Part shown: positions 6,334-11,557 of the stretch, in pieces
How positions within the stretch are numbered: the stretch's first letter is position 1
Layout of the letters: each line of letters begins with the position of its first letter
Source: Pseudomonadota bacterium
GTDB taxonomy: Bacteria; Myxococcota_A; UBA796; SXON01
Direction of reading: 5' to 3'
DNA length: 11,557 bases
Assembly: GCA_043750895.1 (NCBI GenBank)
Contig: JAYVAS010000249.1
Span: forward strand, 1 to 11,557
Translations under genes and position numbers: made by a program
The notes under the pieces: model-generated
Database searches by the model: none
What the model was told of the DNA's origin: nothing
What the model saw: the letters and a program-made list of their open reading frames with translations, nothing else

Positions 6334-8418
6334 CTACCCCACCATCCCCACCGTCACCCGGTGCACCGGTACCAGCGTGGCGAAGCCCTTGACCGGGATC
6401 GCCCCGACCGGCTCGAAGCGGTCGTCGTCGATGGCGTTGCGGACATCGTCGGTCACCACCACCTGGCCCGCCTCGGCCTTGCCGCACAGCCGCGAGGCGA
6501 GGTTCACCGCGTCTCCGATGACGGTGTACTCGAGGCGCAGCGGGGACCCGATGTTGCCGACCACCACCTTGCCCGAAGCCACGCCGATGCCGGTGAGCAC
6601 GGCCGTCTGGCCCCGCGCGAGCCGTTCCACGTTCCACCGCGCCAGCGCCTCCTGCATCGCCAACGCCGCGGTGACGGCCCGTTTCCGGTGGTCGGGCTGG
6701 GGCATGGGGGCGCCGAAGTAGCAGAGGATGGCGTCGCCCATGTACTTGTCGATGATGCCCTCGTGCGCGAGCACGACCTCGACCAGCAGCGTGAAGTACT
6801 CGTTGAGCAGGGTCACGACCTCCGCCGCGCCCAGGCGTTCGGTCAACGGCGTGAAGCCGCGGATGTCGGAGATGAGCACCGTCACCTCGCGCTCCTCGCC
6901 CGCCAGCGAGAGCTCCCCCCGCGCCAACAGCTCTTGCACCACCTGGGTCGCCATGTACTTGCCGAACATGGTCCGGAGGCGTTCCCGCTCGTCGAGGCCC
7001 CGCGCCATGCGGTTGATCGCCCGGCCGAGATCCCCGACCTCGTCGACCCGATCCTCCGGGACCAGCACGTCGTAGCGTCCCGCCTCGATGGCGTGCGTGG
7101 CGTCCACGATCGCCCCGATGGGTCGGGCGATGCTGCGGGCGAGCAGCCCGGCGAGGAGGAACGCGACCCCGATGCCGCTGCACGCCACCATCCCCGTGCG
7201 CATCGCCCGGTCGGAGAGCTTCGTGAGCAGCGTGGTGATGTCGTAGTCGGCCTGGAGCACGGCGATCACCTGGCCGTCCGCGTCCCGCACCGGGGCCCAC
7301 GCCGAGATCCAGGTGCCGTGGGCGTCGGTGTAGGGGCCCTCCCGCCCGGCGCCTCCGTTCTCGAAGCTGACGCGCGTGGCGGGGCGCAGCTCGTTGGGGT
7401 CGCCCACGAAGGGCACCTCGTTGGTCATCACCACGAACCGGGCGCCGTCGCCGTCTCGACGCAGCGTGTACACGGGGCTGGTGAGCCCGGCCTCCTCCTG
7501 GATGCGGCGCAGCGTGTGCTGGAGGGACACGAACGCGGCCGAGTCGGCGGTGCCGCTGGCGGCCACTTCGGCGTGGAGCGCCGGGTCGATCCGATCGGCG
7601 CCGACGCGCACCGCGGTGAGGAGGTTGTCGCTCATGTGGTCGACCAGGTCGGCCCGGGCGTGTTGGAGGTCCAGGACCACGAGGATGCCGGTGGCGACGA
7701 GCACCGCGGCGGCGCCGGCGAGGCCGATGCGGGTGGCGAGGCGGCCGGCGAAGAACCGACGGAGCGCGTCGGCCGCGCCGTGTCGGGCCCAGGTGGCGCC
7801 GAAGCGGGCGAGCACCCAGCCGACGATGGCGAAGCCGATCGCGGCGCCCAACGCCCGTTGACGGACCATCGCGAGGTCCTCGGAGGGGCGCGTGACCACG
7901 ACGATGCCCGCCGGGCTCCCCCCAGGCGCGGCGATGGGGGCGTAGCCGCTGATCCAGGCACCATCGGCGTCGTAGTAGAGCCCCGTCCGGGTGGGGGTGC
8001 CGGACTCGAAGGCGGGCAACATCTCGGGCCGCAGGGGGTGGGTCTGGCCGACCTCGGGGATCTCGTCAGTGGTGATCACCTCGACCGCCGCATCGCCGGC
8101 CTTGCGCAGCGTGTAGATCGGAGTGCTGGCACCGGAGGCGGTCGCGGCGGCCCGAAGCGCACGGCGAAGGTCGATGAAGGTGTCGCTCAGGCCGTCTCGC
8201 GCGGCGCGCACCTGGGCGTGGGCGTGGGCATCGAGCCCCACCGCGACCTGGGTCGCGACCGACTGCGCCCTGATTCCGTGCTCGGCCGCCGTCTTCGCCT
8301 CCCAGGCGGCGTGCGCGCCGAGGATGCCGAGCGCGATGACCGCGGACGCGACGACCGGGCGCGGATCCAGGTGGCGGCGGGGCGGGATGGGCGGCCTAGA
8401 GGTCGAGAAGGGCGTCAA
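6334..8418 (-). CDS. Membrane receptor class III adenylate/guanylate cyclase: TM, periplasmic Cache-like sensor, TM, TM, second Cache-like sensor, TM, HAMP, cyclase
   Basis: The cyclase catalytic motifs are REVTVLISDIRGFTPLTE, YMGDAILCYFGAP and GIGVASGKVVVGNIGSPLRLEYTVIGDAVNLASRL. There are four hydrophobic helices, and two periplasmic repeats both end in a Cache-like Y.DA.G.WIS.(Y/W)AP(I/V) motif. The annotated start is TTG at 8418 (I verified this by reverse-complementing). There is no obvious SD; the start overlaps the upstream lipoprotein gene by 23 nt, so it is probably translationally coupled. The start could be slightly different. Confidence 0.85.
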   Translation of the reverse strand: MTPFSTSRPPIPPRRHLDPRPVVASAVIALGILGAHAAWEAKTAAEHGIRAQSVATQVAVGLDAHAHAQVRAARDGLSDTFIDLRRALRAAATASGASTPIYTLRKAGDAAVEVITTDEIPEVGQTHPLRPEMLPAFESGTPTRTGLYYDADGAWISGYAPIAAPGGSPAGIVVVTRPSEDLAMVRQRALGAAIGFAIVGWVLARFGATWARHGAADALRRFFAGRLATRIGLAGAAAVLVATGILVVLDLQHARADLVDHMSDNLLTAVRVGADRIDPALHAEVAASGTADSAAFVSLQHTLRRIQEEAGLTSPVYTLRRDGDGARFVVMTNEVPFVGDPNELRPATRVSFENGGAGREGPYTDAHGTWISAWAPVRDADGQVIAVLQADYDITTLLTKLSDRAMRTGMVACSGIGVAFLLAGLLARSIARPIGAIVDATHAIEAGRYDVLVPEDRVDEVGDLGRAINRMARGLDERERLRTMFGKYMATQVVQELLARGELSLAGEEREVTVLISDIRGFTPLTERLGAAEVVTLLNEYFTLLVEVVLAHEGIIDKYMGDAILCYFGAPMPQPDHRKRAVTAALAMQEALARWNVERLARGQTAVLTGIGVASGKVVVGNIGSPLRLEYTVIGDAVNLASRLCGKAEAGQVVVTDDVRNAIDDDRFEPVGAIPVKGFATLVPVHRVTVGMVG

Positions 8419-9331
8419 AGACGACGCCGTAGTTGTCCGGGTCGTAGACGGCGACGATCAGGTCCTCGTTCAACAGCATGATCGAGGGGTAGCCGACCAC
8501 GTCCATCCAGCCCTGAAGCGCGTACTCCTCGTCCCCCAGCACCGGGATGTTGGGGTTGGGGTAGGCGTCGTACCAGTCCGACAGGTCGCGGTTGGAGATG
8601 GCGCCGGCGCTGGCGTCCGAGTCCAGCACCGTGACCCAGTAGATGTCGCCGTCGTTCACCAGCCCGGGGATCGACCGGTACTCCCGATACTCGTCCCAGA
8701 TGGATGCCTGCCCGTCCAGGAACGCGGCGACTTCGTTGCAGTAGTAGCACCACACCCCGGACAGGTCGACCACGACGGGCTTGCCCTTGAATGCAAAATC
8801 GTAGATGTCCACCGTGTCGCCATATTGGTCCACCCAGGCGAAGCGGGGGAGCTGGTCGCCGGTGCTCGCCGTGCCGCGCCACCCCGGGTCGCTCATGGCG
8901 TCCTTGTCGGGGTTGTAGGGCCAGTAGCCCTCGTAGATGCGGTCGTCGGCGTCGGTCGGGTCGTGGCCCTCCGTCACCTCCCAGCCGTCCAGGTAGGTGT
9001 CGCCGTCGGTGTCGGCCGCGGTGGGATCGCTCCCGAGATCGACCTCCTCGCCGTCGCCGATCCCGTCGTCGTCGCTGTCGGTGTCGTCGGGGTCGGTGCC
9101 CCGGTCCGCCTCGTCGTCGTCGCTCAGGCCGTCACCGTCGCTGTCCACGGGGTCGGTGGTGTCGGTGTCGGCGTCGGCGTCCGCGTCGGTGTCGGTGTCG
9201 GTGTCCGCGTCCGCCGGGTCCCCGTCGCCTCGCCCGTCGCCGCCCGCGTGGGAGGTGGCCTCATCCTTGGTTCCGGAGGCGCAGCCGAGGGACACGGCGG
9301 CGAGCAGGCTGATCACGGCGACGAGACGCAT
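8396..9331 (-). CDS. Lipoprotein with thrombospondin-type-3-like Asp-rich Ca-binding repeats and a C-terminal thioredoxin-like (TlpA/redoxin-type) domain with WCYYC motif
   Basis: The track ORF starts at a GTG at 9364. The internal ATG (track 9331) has GGAG 7 nt upstream and begins the lipoprotein signal MRLVAVISLLAAVSLGC, so I prefer it. Then comes about 110 aa of D/T/A/G repeats (DADTDTDTDADADADTDTTDPVDSDGDGLSDDDEADRGTDPDDTDSDDDGIGDGEEVDLGSDP...). Then FKGKPVVVDLSGVWCYYCNEV (a CxxC thioredoxin-fold motif) and YPSIMLLNEDLIVAV. Stop is TAG at 8396-8398. Confidence 0.75.
   Translation of the reverse strand: MRLVAVISLLAAVSLGCASGTKDEATSHAGGDGRGDGDPADADTDTDTDADADADTDTTDPVDSDGDGLSDDDEADRGTDPDDTDSDDDGIGDGEEVDLGSDPTAADTDGDTYLDGWEVTEGHDPTDADDRIYEGYWPYNPDKDAMSDPGWRGTASTGDQLPRFAWVDQYGDTVDIYDFAFKGKPVVVDLSGVWCYYCNEVAAFLDGQASIWDEYREYRSIPGLVNDGDIYWVTVLDSDASAGAISNRDLSDWYDAYPNPNIPVLGDEEYALQGWMDVVGYPSIMLLNEDLIVAVYDPDNYGVVFDALLDL
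9150..9216. repeat. Imperfect hexanucleotide tandem repeat (GTCGGT/GTCGGC/GTCCGC)n inside the lipoprotein gene, encoding (D-T/D-A)n
   Basis: The plus strand reads ggtgtcggtgtcggcgtcggcgtccgcgtcggtgtcggtgtcggtgtccgcgtccgcc, about 9-10 hexamer units. This is a slippage-prone coding microsatellite. Confidence 0.6.
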
Positions 9332-9374
9332 CCGAGGGCTCCGATGACCGGAGGAGCCTACCACGCGGGCGCGA

Positions 9375-10838
9375 TCAGTCGGTCTTGGCGAGGTCCGACA
9401 GGAGCACCGTCTTCATGAGCTCGCCCCCGCTCCCGACCACCGTGATGCGGTCGATGCGGGACGCGATGTCGCCCAGGGCCTCGAGCTCCTTGAGGCGGAG
9501 CAGCACCGGGTTGTTCTCGAGCATGCGCGCGGTGTTGGCGAGCTGACGGGTGGCGGCCGTCTCTTCGCGGCGCTTGATGGAGAGCGCTTCGGCCTCCTTC
9601 CGCGCCAGGGTGACCCGGTTGAGCAGGTCCTTGATCTCGCCCGACAGGATGATGTCCTTCACCGCCGCCAGCTCCAACGCGAGCCCGATCGCCGGCAGGG
9701 TCGCGCGGGCCCGGGCGATGATGGCCTCCCCGAGGGACTCCCGCTCGGCGAGCAGCGCTTCGAGGGTGCGGGACGACACCACCTCGCGCAAGGCGAGCTG
9801 GACGGTGACGTACACCTGGTTCGGCCAGTCGGGCTGCCGCAACACCGTGACCGGGTCCACCACCCGCACCGTCACCGCTGGCTTCACGCGCAGGGGGACC
9901 TCGTCGGCGGTGAGCAGGTCCTGGGCGGCGACGTCGAGGGCCTGCAACGAGAGCGGTACGCCCTTGAGCGACCACCGGGACCCGGTCCACGCGCGGTAGC
10001 GCCCTTCTGGGAGCACCCGCCAGGGTTGCCCGTCGCGCACCAGCACCACGGCGAGGGCGTCGTGGCCGCTCGCTTCGGTCCAGTCCGTCCCGTGCGTGCC
10101 GGCGGGGAGCGGGTCGTCGGGTCCGAGGGGGGTGGGCTCGGCCAGGCAGTCGAAGCGCAGCACGGTGTAGGGTCCCGCGGCCTCCCAGCCGATGTAGCGG
10201 CCACCGTCCAGCACCTGGAGGAAGGCGCCGTTGCGCAGGACGACGGCCCGCTCGTGCTCTCCCACCTGCAGCTCCACCTCACCGTCGATACGCTCGCCGC
10301 GATCGACGGGCGCGGCGTTGAAGCCGCGGGGGATGGCGGCGATCCGCCAGGCGTCGGCGTCCCAGACGCGCCAACGGCCCGCCGGCACCAGGCTGTGGGG
10401 GCGTCCGGCGTACTGCAGCAACCCGGGCTCGATGTACCCGGTCACGGTGGCGCCGGGCGTGTTCGCGGGCAGAGGGTCCGACTCGGTGGCCAGGACGGGA
10501 GGCGCGCGCCGGTCCAGCCGGAGCAGGGTGGGTTCACCGTGGGCGTCCCACCAGCGCCAGCGACCGCGTTCCAACACCTGCACGAACTGGCCGTGGAGCA
10601 GCACCACCACGCGCTCGTGGGCGTCCACCGAGATGATGCGCGCGCCCTCCAGGTCGTCGGGCAGCGGCCCCCCGGCGGGCACCGGCTGGATGGGGAAGCC
10701 GGTGTCGATCTCGATGAACTCGTGGAGACCGCCGAAGGTCCACACCGTGTGGCGGCCCGGACCGTAGAGGCGCTCCAGGCGCCCGTCCTTGAGGTGGGCG
10801 GTGCGGGCGCCCCGCTTGACGACGACGGTGTGGAACAT
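9375..10838 (-). CDS. Anchorless SPFH/band-7 (stomatin/prohibitin-type) protein with four N-terminal tandem partial-SPFH beta-repeats (MVP-like architecture)
   Basis: ATG at 10838 with an in-frame TGA 5 codons upstream; stop is TGA at about 9375. C-terminal half is a canonical SPFH core plus stomatin-type tail: AVTVRVVDPVTVLRQ...NQVYVTVQLALREVVSSRTLEALLAERESLGEAIIARARATLPAIGLALELAAVKDIILSGEIKDLLNRVTLARKEAEALSIKRREETAATRQLANTARMLENNPVLLRLKELEALGDIASRIDRITVV. There is no N-terminal TM helix. The N-terminal 300 aa contain repeated units matching the SPFH N-terminal consensus (ERGVV.RFGK..R.LEPGLHF..P..D.V.KVDLR): aa 4-46 TVVVKRGARTAHLKDGRLERLYGPGRHTVW; aa 75-109 ERVVVLLHGQFVQVLERGRWRWWDAHGEPTLLRLD; a degenerate unit at about aa 150-170; aa 196-230 ERAVVLRNGAFLQVLDGGRYIGWEAAGPYTVLRFD; aa 260-300 ALAVVLVRDGQPWRVLPEGRYRAWTGSRWSLKGVPLSLQALD (the start of the real SPFH domain). 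Confidence 0.8.
   Translation of the reverse strand: MFHTVVVKRGARTAHLKDGRLERLYGPGRHTVWTFGGLHEFIEIDTGFPIQPVPAGGPLPDDLEGARIISVDAHERVVVLLHGQFVQVLERGRWRWWDAHGEPTLLRLDRRAPPVLATESDPLPANTPGATVTGYIEPGLLQYAGRPHSLVPAGRWRVWDADAWRIAAIPRGFNAAPVDRGERIDGEVELQVGEHERAVVLRNGAFLQVLDGGRYIGWEAAGPYTVLRFDCLAEPTPLGPDDPLPAGTHGTDWTEASGHDALAVVLVRDGQPWRVLPEGRYRAWTGSRWSLKGVPLSLQALDVAAQDLLTADEVPLRVKPAVTVRVVDPVTVLRQPDWPNQVYVTVQLALREVVSSRTLEALLAERESLGEAIIARARATLPAIGLALELAAVKDIILSGEIKDLLNRVTLARKEAEALSIKRREETAATRQLANTARMLENNPVLLRLKELEALGDIASRIDRITVVGSGGELMKTVLLSDLAKTD
9939..10829 (-). repeat. Intragenic tandem protein-level repeats (4-5 copies, about 65-120 aa spacing) of the SPFH N-terminal beta-hairpin module
   Basis: See the aligned units listed for CDS 9375..10838. 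The shared pattern is E-R-x-V-V-L-x-x-G-x-x-x-x-V-L-x-x-G-R-x-x-x-W...L-R-x-D. Confidence 0.6.
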
Positions 10839-11078
10839 GATGGGCTCGGGTCAGGGAGAGGGAGGGAGGACGGTCCTGTGCCGCCCGCGGCAATCCCCGC
10901 GGCCACGGTCGGGACCGGGTTCCGGCGACGTGCGACCCGAGGGCCGAACGGACCGGGGGTCCCCGTGGGCAGGCGAGGGTCGGCGCCGGGCGTCGAACCC
11001 AGGGCGGAACAGGGCCGCCTCCCAGGGAGTGCCGGTCGCTACCCCGGCGGTGGGCCTTTCGACCCGCGGATCTGTCGG

Positions 11079-11095
11079 ATTGGGCTGAAGCCAAT
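11079..11095. promoter_or_regulatory. Candidate transcription-factor site: 5-bp perfect inverted repeat ATTGG-N7-CCAAT
   Basis: ATTGGGCTGAAGCCAAT lies about 240 nt upstream of the SPFH gene start, in a locally lower-GC stretch. This call is purely sequence-pattern based. Confidence 0.2.
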
Positions 11096-11112
11096 TGCGC
11101 AACCGTGAGCGT

Positions 11113-11131
11113 CGCCCCCAAGTAGGGGGCG
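11113..11131. other. Stable GC stem-loop (7-bp stem CGCCCCC/GGGGGCG with 5-nt loop AAGTA) in the long intergenic region
   Basis: The sequence cgccccc-aagta-gggggcg is directly visible. It is followed by a second small palindrome, cagg-agttgaa-cctg. There is no U-tract, so its function is unclear (terminator, attenuator or RNA structural element). Confidence 0.35.
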
Positions 11132-11305
11132 CAGGAGTTGAACCTGTGAGTGCGGTGCCCTCCGGAAGCGTTCGGTACGGTCGAAGCGCAGGACGGCCTT
11201 TGGGAACACCCGGCTCGCTGCTCACCGTTCGTACTGACTTCCGACGCGACATCGCCCGTCGGGAGTAACGCGGCGTTGCCCGCGCACGGCGGCGCTGATC
11301 ACCGC

Positions 11306-11341
11306 GGCGGGGATCCCACCTTCAGCACCCGCGGGTCCCCG
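11306..11341. terminator. Candidate terminator hairpin downstream of the LRR-like gene
   Basis: gcggggatccc-(15 nt loop)-gggtccccgc is an about 10-bp GC stem with one bulge, about 55 nt after the TGA of the partial minus-strand gene. No U-tract. Confidence 0.25.
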
Positions 11342-11395
11342 CCCAGTCCTCTGCTCCCCCCGCGCGCTTGGCGGAACGGAGCCGGTGCCGAACCT

Positions 11396-11557
11396 CAGGG
11401 CCCATTGTCCTCGATGGTGACCACGCCGTGGATGTTCTTGACGCCGATGGCGTCCAGCAGGGCGTCGATCTCGGCCTCGGTGAGCGACGGGTTTCCGCGG
11501 ATGGTGAGGTCGTCGACGGAGGTGAGGTTGTGGAGGGCGCTGAGGTCGTCGAGGGCG
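11396..11557 (-). CDS. 3' end (C-terminal about 53 aa) of a gene running in from beyond the window; leucine-rich-repeat-like C-terminus
   Basis: The minus-strand translation of 11557->11396 has high GC3: ALDDLSALHNLTSVDDLTIRGNPSLTEAEIDALLDAIGVKNIHGVVTIEDNGP, then TGA (plus 'tca' about 11395-11397). It has an L..L..L..L.I.GN..L periodicity. It is not in the ORF track because the start lies outside the window. Confidence 0.5.

Noticed and set aside
6241-6340. Possible small ORF or regulatory gene in the 67-bp gap between the aminotransferase and cyclase
   Set aside because: The gap is fully explained by the convergent terminator hairpins, and there is no start/SD-supported ORF.
6169-8481. 770-aa plus-strand ORF antisense to the adenylate cyclase
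   Set aside because: Its composition is low complexity (R/G/D/E/A/P-rich), while the minus strand carries unmistakable class III cyclase motifs.
8123-9418. 431-aa plus-strand ORF and the 8791..9312 / 8997..9347 ORFs overlapping the lipoprotein gene
   Set aside because: They lie antisense to or off-frame from the lipoprotein gene and are low complexity (poly-R/C/P or poly-S). The minus frame gives a signal peptide, lipobox, TSP3 repeats and a CxxC thioredoxin fold.
10026-11108. 360-aa plus-strand ORF antisense to the SPFH gene, and the 10851..11252 (-) and 10789..11088 (+) ORFs in the intergenic region
   Set aside because: All are low-complexity Gly/Arg/Pro-rich translations without motifs. 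The SPFH frame is clearly real. The intergenic ORFs have no SD and poor composition.
11130-11160. tRNA-like T-arm motif (minus strand GGTTCAACTCC inside cagg-ttcaact-cctg)
   Set aside because: I tried to build a cloverleaf. No complementary 5' acceptor strand or D/anticodon arms sit at the required distances, so it is most likely a simple palindromic stem-loop rather than a tRNA or tmRNA.
1-11557. CRISPR arrays, IS/transposon ends, integrases, rRNA genes
   Set aside because: I scanned for regularly spaced direct repeats, terminal inverted repeats and transposase or integrase-like translations. The only tandem repeat is the coding hexamer microsatellite at 9150-9216, and there is no evidence of mobile elements.

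Overview
This is a high-GC (about 70%+) window that looks like a myxobacterial-type chromosomal segment; all gene calls rest on motif recognition and GC3/codon pattern, not on searches. It appears to hold three functional blocks. (i) A minus-strand, translationally coupled envelope-modification module: a GT-C (ArnT/PMT-like) glycosyltransferase, then a sulfatase-superfamily lipoprotein with Thr at the nucleophile position, then an Omp85-like beta-barrel ORF. A divergently transcribed membrane-anchored HExxH (peptidase-MA-like) protein and a class I/II aminotransferase follow on the plus strand. (ii) A convergent bidirectional terminator hairpin. (iii) A minus-strand putative operon that looks unusual and possibly undescribed. 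It encodes an anchorless SPFH/band-7 protein carrying four N-terminal tandem copies of the first SPFH beta-strands (a major-vault-protein-like layout). Next is a lipoprotein with thrombospondin-type-3-like poly-Asp Ca-binding repeats plus a thioredoxin-like WCYYC domain. Last is a 4-TM, dual Cache-like sensor, HAMP, class III adenylate cyclase. Upstream of that operon lies an unusually long (about 550 bp), lower-GC intergenic region with stable hairpins and a 5-bp inverted repeat, followed by the C-terminal end of an LRR-like gene. The many long ORFs antisense to these genes are high-GC artefacts. Coordinates follow the supplied ORF track; my manual base indexing may be off by 1 nt between about 8400 and 11557.
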